This document shows positions 19,859 to 27,069 of a stretch of DNA of 64,000 nucleotides, in pieces. The notes under the pieces were generated by a model that searched no databases, was not told the DNA's origin, and saw nothing but the letters and a program-made list of their open reading frames with translations. A program made the translations under genes and the position numbers. The first letter of the stretch is position 1. The number at the start of each line of letters is the position of its first letter. Source of the stretch: an uncultured Pseudomonadales bacterium (lineage in GTDB: Bacteria; Patescibacteriota; Microgenomatia; UBA1400; PJMF01). The stretch is taken from positions 19,144 through 83,143 of the forward strand of contig CAZWKL010000006.1 in NCBI GenBank assembly GCA_964633875.1, read 5' to 3'.

Positions 19859-20722
19859 TTAGCTAATTAAGCCATTAGCTTTCTTGTATTTATAGCTAGC
19901 GAAACTGCTCGCCCCCTCAATACTACTAACCAAAGTACCCACAAATTCCTGGCCAACGAGGCAATTATAAAGATTTTTCGGCTGTAAACCAGAGATAATC
20001 ATCACCTCAATGCCGTTTTTTGCCTGGAGCAGCGACTCTTCAATCTTGTGACCCATGCCGCCGGTCACATCAAAGCCTCTGGTAGCAGCAATCGCCGAGC
20101 GCACCTCATCCAGATTGTTTTCCGAAATTTCCCGGATCACCCGGCCATTTTTGTCCATCACTCCAGGCACTTCGGTTACATGAATAATTTTGCTAATCTT
20201 AAAATCTGAAAACTTCGGCAACTCAACCGCAATATGCCCCAACACTTTTTCCGTCGACCAAATGGTGCAGCCGCGGCTGGTATCCACGATTACATCGCCA
20301 CCGGTTACCGGCAACAAGCCTTTGTGCAGATACTGGCGCAGCACTTCCGCGTTCCAGCTGGCGGCCTGTTGGTTTTCGGTCACCAAAGTATTGCTGTAGC
20401 AATAGCTAATGGCCGGCAAGTGCGCCGACAAAAACTCCCGCACCACAATTCGGTTAAGTTGTAGAGCACTGTCTTGAGTCACCGCCATGCCAAAAACGCT
20501 GTCCTCACGAATAAAACCCTCCTTTGTCTGATACTGCATTGCTGGCGCGTGGGCAAAACTACCTTGACCGTGGCCGACCAGATATTTCTGGCCAGTTTCA
20601 GCCTGCGCCAAAGCAATTTCCCGCACCAAGCGACTGAGATTTTCTTCCCGCACCATCATCGGCACTTCTTTATTGGTGATGACTGAACCGCCGAGTTTAA
20701 TTAAGGTAAGTTGCTGGTTCAT
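19859..20722 (-). CDS. isopentenyl phosphate kinase (amino-acid kinase family)
   Basis: IKLGGSVITNK, GHGQGSFAH (IPK-type His), GGDVI, DVTGGMGHKI; adjacent to uppS; AAGGAG before ATG 20722. Confidence 0.8.
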   Translation of the reverse strand: MNQQLTLIKLGGSVITNKEVPMMVREENLSRLVREIALAQAETGQKYLVGHGQGSFAHAPAMQYQTKEGFIREDSVFGMAVTQDSALQLNRIVVREFLSAHLPAISYCYSNTLVTENQQAASWNAEVLRQYLHKGLLPVTGGDVIVDTSRGCTIWSTEKVLGHIAVELPKFSDFKISKIIHVTEVPGVMDKNGRVIREISENNLDEVRSAIAATRGFDVTGGMGHKIEESLLQAKNGIEVMIISGLQPKNLYNCLVGQEFVGTLVSSIEGASSFASYKYKKANGLIS

Positions 20723-21335
20723 ATTCTCCTTCACTTAAATTTAGTTTGTTTAGGAAATCTGTCAGATAAATCAGGCCGTGAACATATGGTCTAAAGGTCA
20801 TGCCGCGCTCAACTGCTTGATTAATCTCAAAAATCAAATCATGATCCATTAAATAACGATGTTGTTCGTCAGAAAGCTCGACCACAAATTGATGCAATCT
20901 GTAAACTCCCCGCGGCTCATACTCGCCAGTTTCATTATTCTTTTTAATTTGATATACCAGGAAATTTTCAATTTTATCAGCTTCTTCACTCACCAAATTA
21001 AAAAACGCAAAAATTTGAGCAAAAGTTTCCGTATCATAGATTGCAGTTCTGACAAGAAGTTCTCGCAATTCCTCATGTAATTCACGAAAAAAAGCTTCGG
21101 TCAAGGACTCTCCTTCTTCGACTACTCCGCCGGGAAACTCCAAATTGGCATGGCCAGGAGAATAATCGTCCAGCACCACTCCCTTATCAATTCCTCCAGA
21201 CACAATTTTCTTTGGATACTCAAACTTGCCACCATTATCCTGGATGTTCGTTTTCATGGCATAGAAATCGCCATTGTGGCCAAAAACGCCAAAAACTCCA
21301 TCTTTAATTCTAATTCCCTCAGATTCTTGCTGCAT
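20697..21335 (-). CDS. NUDIX hydrolase
   Basis: Nudix box FPGGVVEEGESLTEAFFRELHEEL; GGGGAG SD before ATG 21335; 3' end overlaps the IPK start. Confidence 0.8.
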   Translation of the reverse strand: MQQESEGIRIKDGVFGVFGHNGDFYAMKTNIQDNGGKFEYPKKIVSGGIDKGVVLDDYSPGHANLEFPGGVVEEGESLTEAFFRELHEELRELLVRTAIYDTETFAQIFAFFNLVSEEADKIENFLVYQIKKNNETGEYEPRGVYRLHQFVVELSDEQHRYLMDHDLIFEINQAVERGMTFRPYVHGLIYLTDFLNKLNLSEGEYEPATYLN

Positions 21336-21418
21336 AACAAAACTCCCCTTTGTGAGGCGATACATTAGTCGCAAAAAACAGCAGAAATCACGCAAATTGC
21401 TTTGAAAACTCCTTGCAA

Positions 21419-21751
21419 CTAGCCATAAATGCGGTCAAAACGAATCAGCAAATACAAAAGCAGCACTTGCCAATACAAGCAGAAAAAAGTAATCCAGTTA
21501 GAGAGAAAAGGCAGCCACTCGCAACTAAATGAGCTGGTGCTGCAGGTAAAAAACATTTGCACTACCGGCACCAGCAAAAACCGCCAACCAATAGTAATCA
21601 AGGCCAAAATCAGAGAAGGTAACAGCGTCATCCAGACGAAAACTTTGTCACGCACCAACGACTGCATGGTTTGGTAAGGGTGAAGCAGCAAACCGCCCGA
21701 AATTTGGGCAAGTGCATAAATTATGGAAGTAATTGCCTGGCCTGCGTGCAT
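21419..21751 (-). CDS. hypothetical membrane protein
   Basis: Hydrophobic ~110 aa ORF coupled to the upstream small ORF. Confidence 0.65.
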   Translation of the reverse strand: MHAGQAITSIIYALAQISGGLLLHPYQTMQSLVRDKVFVWMTLLPSLILALITIGWRFLLVPVVQMFFTCSTSSFSCEWLPFLSNWITFFCLYWQVLLLYLLIRFDRIYG

Positions 21752-21752
21752 T

Positions 21753-21947
21753 TTATGTTTCAAATCTCTTAAAAATTTCTAAAACCAAAGCAGAAATAAA
21801 GGATAGAGCTGCCAAAACTTGCCAAGCATAATTGCCAATAACGGCAGTAAGCGGATCAAGTTGGCGGGGTAACAGGCGCTCTTCATTTAGCCTGGCTTGT
21901 AACTTGGCTTCTTGCTGCAATTTAGTAATAAACTTGGTGTTTTTCAT
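21753..21947 (-). CDS. small membrane protein (candidate anti-sigma factor)
   Basis: 64 aa, single C-terminal TM, starts 3 nt after the ECF sigma stop. Confidence 0.55.
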   Translation of the reverse strand: MKNTKFITKLQQEAKLQARLNEERLLPRQLDPLTAVIGNYAWQVLAALSFISALVLEIFKRFET

Positions 21948-21950
21948 GAT

Positions 21951-22535
21951 TTAGCTCTCCGTCCCATACTCAGCTTGCCACAGCACCCGAAATTCTTCTC
22001 TGGCTCTAAATAAATCGGACTCCACAGCCTTACTAGTCCTGTCCAGCTCCCGGGCAATAGCAGCTACTTTTTTGCCTTCGACATACTTCATCACCAGCAG
22101 ATTTTTGTAGCCGCGGCGCATTTTATTGAGCACAAGCCTGACTTGCTGGGAAATTTCATGCGAATCATGGACCTCTCTACTTAACAACCACTCATGAAGC
22201 GGTAACGTTTCCAAGGTTTTCTTGGCGTAAATTTTGCGGTAGTAATCGGCAACTTCATGCCTGGCAATAGAGTTCATCCAGGTCCAAATACTCGAGTCAC
22301 CCCGGAAAAGTGGCAAGTGTTTCAGGCAATTAAGAAAAGTTTCCTGAACTATTTCCTCAGCGTCTTTAGGATTGGAAACTTTCACCAAAACCACCGCCAG
22401 CAGCCGGTCATAATATGAATTGAACCACTCCTGCACCGCCAGTTTTTCACCTGCTCGCAAACGTTCAAGCAGCTGACTGTCTTTTTTAGTAGCTTTGTTG
22501 GTAGTGGCGCCTGTAGCGCCAATATTCCTAACCAT
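21951..22535 (-). CDS. ECF RNA polymerase sigma factor (sigma-70 family)
   Basis: Region 2 DAEEIVQETFL..FRGDSSIWTWMNSIARHEVADYYRK; region 4 KKVAAIARELDRTSKAVESDLFRAR. Confidence 0.9.
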   Translation of the reverse strand: MVRNIGATGATTNKATKKDSQLLERLRAGEKLAVQEWFNSYYDRLLAVVLVKVSNPKDAEEIVQETFLNCLKHLPLFRGDSSIWTWMNSIARHEVADYYRKIYAKKTLETLPLHEWLLSREVHDSHEISQQVRLVLNKMRRGYKNLLVMKYVEGKKVAAIARELDRTSKAVESDLFRAREEFRVLWQAEYGTES

Positions 22536-22574
22536 AGGTACTAGTATACCTCAACTGTGCTGTAGTATAATATT

Positions 22575-22943
22575 TTGGTGATGTTGAATAAGCTCGTGCG
22601 TCCGATCTATGCCCAATGTGATCCAGGAAAAGGCAATGTCAATTTGGGTGATTGTTTGGTTTTGAGAGATGACAGAACTATTGCCGAGGTGTATTCCGAA
22701 CCCGCCTTCCTCATTAACCTTCTAGCTCAGAACATTTTCGCCATCGCCGGCGTGGTGTTGTTTTTTATGCTTTTGTTAGCAGGATTTAAATTTGTGGCCG
22801 GCGGCAAAAAGGGTGCCGAAGACGCCAAGAGTATTCTTACCACAGCGATTATCGGCTTCATTATCATGTTTACCGCCTACTGGATTGTGGTGTTGGTAGA
22901 AATTATTACTGGGATAAATATTCCTGTTGGACCCGCGGGATAG
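22575..22943 (+). CDS. VirB2/TrbC-like pilin (array member 1)
   Basis: IAGVVLFFMLLLAGFKFV..AEDAKSILTTAIIGFII; alternative starts GTG 22578 and ATG 22581. Confidence 0.75.
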   Translation: MVMLNKLVRPIYAQCDPGKGNVNLGDCLVLRDDRTIAEVYSEPAFLINLLAQNIFAIAGVVLFFMLLLAGFKFVAGGKKGAEDAKSILTTAIIGFIIMFTAYWIVVLVEIITGINIPVGPAG

Positions 22944-22954
22944 GGATATAAGGC

Positions 22955-23374
22955 ATGAGAGCATCAATTACAACCAAACTACTTCTACTGCTTGCTGTTT
23001 TTGTCTTTTTATTGCCCATGGCAACACCGGCATTTTCTCAAAATTTAGGTCACATTTTCCCCCCACCAGGAGTCAATCAATATCAAGCAGAAGCTGGACT
23101 CACCCATGACCAACCAGCCCTAATCTTCTTTCTTTCAAGAATGATTAGGCTAATTACCGTCGTTGTCGGGCTGTGGGTAATTGTTAATATTACCATAGCC
23201 GCCTTTCACTATATTTCTGGCAGTGGTAGCGCGGAAGCTCACGCTAAAGTACGCAATTTATTAACAATGAGTGTGGCAGGGCTGCTCTTAATAATTGCTT
23301 CCTACACTATTGGCGGTATCCTGGGACTGATTTTCTTTGGGGACGCCACTTATATTTTGAATCCGACGATATAG
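22955..23374 (+). CDS. VirB2/TrbC-like pilin (array member 2)
   Basis: Signal peptide plus two TM; YISGSGSAEAHAKVRNLLTMSVAGLLLII. Confidence 0.7.
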   Translation: MRASITTKLLLLLAVFVFLLPMATPAFSQNLGHIFPPPGVNQYQAEAGLTHDQPALIFFLSRMIRLITVVVGLWVIVNITIAAFHYISGSGSAEAHAKVRNLLTMSVAGLLLIIASYTIGGILGLIFFGDATYILNPTI

Positions 23375-23388
23375 AATAGAAAAACTAA

Positions 23389-23955
23389 ATGATAAAAATA
23401 CTGATAAAACTAACTTTAAGTCTAATTATCCTCGCTGGAGTTATGTTTTCTGTTCCAGCTTATGCCTATGCCCAATGTTCACCAGCTACTGAAGGAGATT
23501 GTGTCAATGGATACATTTGTGTTTGTGGAGAAATTGAAGAGTCCGACGGATCAACGCAAACATATTGCTATCGTGACTCCGCACAATACTGTGGTTCAGA
23601 AAAAGGATTGCAGGTAATTGGACCTATTAGGGCCCCTGATGCGGTTGCTCGATTTAACATTATTAGTACTTCGCATGTTGGTTTGGTGCCATTCCTCTCG
23701 ATCATCATCCGCCTCATCACCATTGTCGCCGGCATCTTTACCATGTTGAATTTTGTGGCTGCTGGGGCCAAATACGTGTTTTCCATGGGCAATACTAACG
23801 CCAATGTTGAAGTGCGGGACAAGTTGCTCTTTAGCGTCATTGGCCTGCTGATTATTGTGGCCTCCTACACCATTGCTGCTTTATTCGGACTGATTTTCTT
23901 TGGGGACGCCACTTTTATCTTGAGGCCAACCTTTACTGGAGCTCTTGACTTATAA
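23389..23955 (+). CDS. VirB2/TrbC-like pilin with Cys-rich N-terminal domain (array member 3)
   Basis: AYA-QC signal cleavage, six Cys, then pilin TM pair ending GLIFFGDAT, shared with member 2. Confidence 0.7.
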   Translation: MIKILIKLTLSLIILAGVMFSVPAYAYAQCSPATEGDCVNGYICVCGEIEESDGSTQTYCYRDSAQYCGSEKGLQVIGPIRAPDAVARFNIISTSHVGLVPFLSIIIRLITIVAGIFTMLNFVAAGAKYVFSMGNTNANVEVRDKLLFSVIGLLIIVASYTIAALFGLIFFGDATFILRPTFTGALDL

Positions 23956-23976
23956 AAATAGGAAATATCAGGTAAA

Positions 23977-24384
23977 ATGAAACAAAAGAAAGCGCCTATG
24001 CCTTTTTGGACACTGATCGCACAAACAGAACTCGGTAGATTTGAGCCTCCTACTGATAGCTTTAGTGAAGGCTCTGACACCACCGAGGGAGCCTTGAGCA
24101 ACTTGGAGCTAATTATTTCCAATTCCTTGGGAGTGATCACTGTTTTAGCTGGGGTCTTCTTTATTTTCTATTTCATTATGGGCGCGTTTCAAATTTTGTC
24201 CGCCGGCGGCGATTCCGGCAAAGTCCAAAGCGGCCAGCAAAGAATTACTCAGGCAGTACTTGGCTTGGTGATTTTGGTAGCTGCTTACGCCATTATTGGT
24301 TTGATTAGCACCGTGCTCGGCCTCAGCCTACTCAATCCTGCTCAAGTCATTCAAGAAAGCTTAATTCCAGGAGGAGGATCATGA
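23977..24384 (+). CDS. VirB2/TrbC-like pilin (array member 4)
   Basis: GAFQILSAGGDSGKVQSGQQRITQAVLGLVIL. Confidence 0.78.
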   Translation: MKQKKAPMPFWTLIAQTELGRFEPPTDSFSEGSDTTEGALSNLELIISNSLGVITVLAGVFFIFYFIMGAFQILSAGGDSGKVQSGQQRITQAVLGLVILVAAYAIIGLISTVLGLSLLNPAQVIQESLIPGGGS

Positions 24385-24797
24385 ACTTAAAGAAAACCGC
24401 CGCCCAAATTACCCTCTCCTTTAGCACCATGTTAGCTAGTACTTCAGCTGCTCTGGCTCAGATTACCAATCCCGCCATCGGCAACTTAAGTGACACTGAA
24501 GAAGCCGAATCGGGCACTTTGTTCGTGCGGATTTTTATTCAGCTCTGGAACGTCATCATTACTGTTGGCGCGATCATTGTAATTTTCATGTTTTTGTGGG
24601 GAGCGATTGAGTGGATTACCGCGGGCGGTGATTCCGGTAAAATTCAGAGCGCCCAAAAGCGGCTTACCCATGCAGCCTTAGGTCTTTTTCTGCTGGTAAT
24701 GTCTTTTGCTATTATTGAATACATTAGTTACATCTTCTTTGATGGAGAATTTAATATTCTTAACTTAACCCTACCAACAGTAGGTTCGGGAGACTAA
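24381..24797 (+). CDS. VirB2/TrbC-like pilin (array member 5)
   Basis: WGAIEWITAGGDSGKIQSAQKRLTHAALGL; ATGA overlap with member 4. Confidence 0.78.
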   Translation: MNLKKTAAQITLSFSTMLASTSAALAQITNPAIGNLSDTEEAESGTLFVRIFIQLWNVIITVGAIIVIFMFLWGAIEWITAGGDSGKIQSAQKRLTHAALGLFLLVMSFAIIEYISYIFFDGEFNILNLTLPTVGSGD

Positions 24798-24800
24798 ATT

Positions 24801-25307
24801 ATGTTTAAAAAGAAATTGCTAATAATTTTTACCGCTCTGGCTTTGACACTGACTTCGATCTCAGCGCTAATGATCTCTCCGGAGCCAATGCTGGCGGCCG
24901 ACGAGGCTGGCGCTGGCTTTGGTGGTGGAAGCCAGGATGAAAGCAACAAGAGTATTCAGCTCAATCTGGGTCAGGAAGCCATCGAAAAGGAACTTCCTGG
25001 CAGCGCCAGTTCCGAGGAAGGCAGCCAGACTGCTGGGTTTAGTTATTGGCTTGGTCGAGCCATGTCTATTATTTTAATTGTCGCTGCGCTGCTGGTTTTG
25101 GTCAATTTACTTATGGGCGCCATCAAGTGGATTACCGCGGGCGGTGATTCTGGTAAATTGTCTGAGGCACAAAAACAAATCACCAGCTCCATTATTGGTC
25201 TGATCGTGTTGGCAGCGGTAGTCGCCATCTTCCAGCTGTTGACGGATTTTTTACAGTTAGACTTTATTACTTTTACTAACTCTAGTCCGCAGACAGAGCT
25301 TGACTAA
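24801..25307 (+). CDS. VirB2/TrbC-like pilin (array member 6)
   Basis: GAIKWITAGGDSGKLSEAQKQITSSIIGL. Confidence 0.78.
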   Translation: MFKKKLLIIFTALALTLTSISALMISPEPMLAADEAGAGFGGGSQDESNKSIQLNLGQEAIEKELPGSASSEEGSQTAGFSYWLGRAMSIILIVAALLVLVNLLMGAIKWITAGGDSGKLSEAQKQITSSIIGLIVLAAVVAIFQLLTDFLQLDFITFTNSSPQTELD

Positions 25308-25329
25308 GCACTTCAAGTACTAGTATAAT
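25300..25329 (+). promoter_or_regulatory. sigma70-type promoter of pilin member 7
   Basis: TTGACT (25300-25305), 18 bp spacer, TATAAT (25324-25329); AAAGGAG SD just before ATG 25372. Confidence 0.65.
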
Positions 25330-25371
25330 TTTGGTATCGTCTGTATCTTGTAAAATTAACAAAAGGAGATT

Positions 25372-25773
25372 ATGACACAAAACCTTAAACGAATTGCTGT
25401 TGGCGCCGGAGCCTTAGCAACCTCAGCAACAGCTGTTTTTGCAGCAGATGAAATAAGTATTAGAACACCTACCGGATTTTTTGATAACATGGGAACCCTG
25501 ATCAGCGGCCTGCTGAACTTTGTGATAATCATCGCCGCTCTCCTGGTATTCATTTACCTACTGTGGGGAGGAATTGAATGGATCACCTCAGGTGGTGATA
25601 AAGGCAAAACCGAGAGCGCTCGGAATAAGATCACCTCTGCTATTATTGGGTTGATCGTCTTAGCCGCCGCCTGGGCGCTACTGACTATCATTCTCAACTT
25701 CCTTGGTTATGACAACCTCCAACAAGTGTTCAACTTAAACATTGAAGAAGCTACTAGCGGAAATCAGAATTAA
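25372..25773 (+). CDS. VirB2/TrbC-like pilin (array member 7, candidate major pilin)
   Basis: AVFA signal end; LLWGGIEWITSGGDKGKTESARNKITSAIIGL; own promoter, SD and terminator. Confidence 0.8.
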   Translation: MTQNLKRIAVGAGALATSATAVFAADEISIRTPTGFFDNMGTLISGLLNFVIIIAALLVFIYLLWGGIEWITSGGDKGKTESARNKITSAIIGLIVLAAAWALLTIILNFLGYDNLQQVFNLNIEEATSGNQN

Positions 25774-25794
25774 GAAGAACTAGTAATAGTTTCG

Positions 25795-25824
25795 CAAAAA
25801 CCCCCTTTTACTAGGGGGTTTTTG
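25795..25824. terminator. intrinsic (probably bidirectional) terminator
   Basis: CAAAAACCCCCT-TTTACT-AGGGGGTTTTTG perfect 12-bp stem with A/T tracts. Confidence 0.8.
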
Positions 25825-25848
25825 GTTAAAATAGGTTATAATAACTCC

Positions 25849-26409
25849 ATGAAACAAATGTTATTGCTACTTATTCTGGCGGCAGCCGTGGTATTTTTAG
25901 CTGGCAACGCTAACGCTGATAGTCCTGAAAATTTAGCCAGCAACCGCCTGTACACGATTGTGGATCAAGAAACCGGAGAAGTGGTGAGCACCACCTCCGC
26001 GGAAACTATTTACTATGCTACCACTTCTGCCTTAAGGGCCGATTCCACCTCTGTGCCTACAACTACTACGCCTAGACGAGGACTTTTTTACCCGATTGAC
26101 ATTATCATTCCACGGGGTTTCTTCGATAACATTTCTGAACTAATCAATGGCCTTCTCCGGCTCTTAATGATTGTTGCCGCTCTTTTGGTTTTTGTTTACC
26201 TGCTTTGGGGAGGGATAGAGTGGATTACTTCCGGCGGTGACAAAGGCAAAACCGAGAGCGCTCGGAATAAAATTACCTCTGCTATTATTGGTTTGATTAT
26301 TATGGCTGCCGCCTGGGCACTGCTGACTATCGTGTTGAATTTCCTGGGCTACGCCGGTTTGGAAGACGTGCTCAACCAAAACATCAATGAAGCCGTGTCA
26401 AGACAGTAG
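25849..26409 (+). CDS. VirB2/TrbC-like pilin (array member 8, paralog of member 7 with Thr-rich N-terminal extension)
   Basis: Identical core YLLWGGIEWITSGGDKGKTESARNKITSAIIGLI; ATG 25849 lies 6 nt after TATAAT. Confidence 0.8.
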   Translation: MKQMLLLLILAAAVVFLAGNANADSPENLASNRLYTIVDQETGEVVSTTSAETIYYATTSALRADSTSVPTTTTPRRGLFYPIDIIIPRGFFDNISELINGLLRLLMIVAALLVFVYLLWGGIEWITSGGDKGKTESARNKITSAIIGLIIMAAAWALLTIVLNFLGYAGLEDVLNQNINEAVSRQ

Positions 26410-26426
26410 TGTTATACTATAGCTAT

Positions 26427-26831
26427 ATGTTTAAGCGCCTTGCTTTCACTTTGTTCACATTTCTCACTGCCAGTGCGTTGCTACTAAGCGTGCCGGCTCA
26501 AGCCGCCGCCCAATCGCAGGTGTGGGATGGTGTCTGCGTAGAAGAAGGAGATGTCGCTACCATCCAGGGCCTAGAGTGCTTGATTGCTAACATTTTTGCC
26601 GTGATTATCACTCTGATTGGCTTTGCCGGCTTTGTGATGTTCATTATTGGTTCTTTTCGTTGGATGCTGTCAGGTGGCAGCAGTAAAGGCGTGGAAACCG
26701 CCCGCAACACTATGACTTACGCGGTGGTGGGATTGGTAGTAGCCCTCAGTGCTTTTATTATTCTGAACCTAATTGCCGACTTTACCGGAGTAGGAGTGAT
26801 TACTAAATTTTTCATCCCCAGGTCCAATTAA
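26427..26831 (+). CDS. VirB2/TrbC-like pilin (array member 9)
   Basis: DVATIQGLECL..GSFRWMLSGGSSKGVETARNTMTYAVVGL. Confidence 0.78.
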   Translation: MFKRLAFTLFTFLTASALLLSVPAQAAAQSQVWDGVCVEEGDVATIQGLECLIANIFAVIITLIGFAGFVMFIIGSFRWMLSGGSSKGVETARNTMTYAVVGLVVALSAFIILNLIADFTGVGVITKFFIPRSN

Positions 26832-26938
26832 TTTATAAATTAGCAATAGAGTTCAAATACACCGGCGCATAAAAAAGACACACTATTGATTTTCTCTTAA
26901 TATGGTATGCAGTCATTTTCAATGTAAACCATATTAAG

Positions 26939-27028
26939 GCCAGACAAGGGAAGTTTGAGGGTCGCAATTGGCTTTCCAGTAAAGAGGCGCTGCAGCGGTA
27001 TGTCAAAAATAGAGAACGAATGAGGTAA
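26939..27028 (+). pseudogene. possible remnant of a Fic-associated C-terminal HTH
   Basis: Frame without an ATG reads ARQGKFEGRNWLSSKEALQRYVKNRERMR*, resembling the excisionase-like HTH tail (GRNW motif). Confidence 0.35.
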
Positions 27029-27069
27029 GGGGTTGGTTCCACCCCACCAATACCTGATATAATTGGCTT

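Noticed and set aside
22575-26831. Pilin array as a CRISPR array or DGR target
   Set aside because: Repeats are coding paralog similarity without regular repeat-spacer periodicity; no reverse transcriptase and no adenine-only TR/VR mismatch pattern
22575-26831. Type IV pili (PilA) interpretation
   Set aside because: No G|FxxxE prepilin motif; hydrophobic pair with GGD-K loop is C-terminal, as in VirB2/TrbC-type pilins
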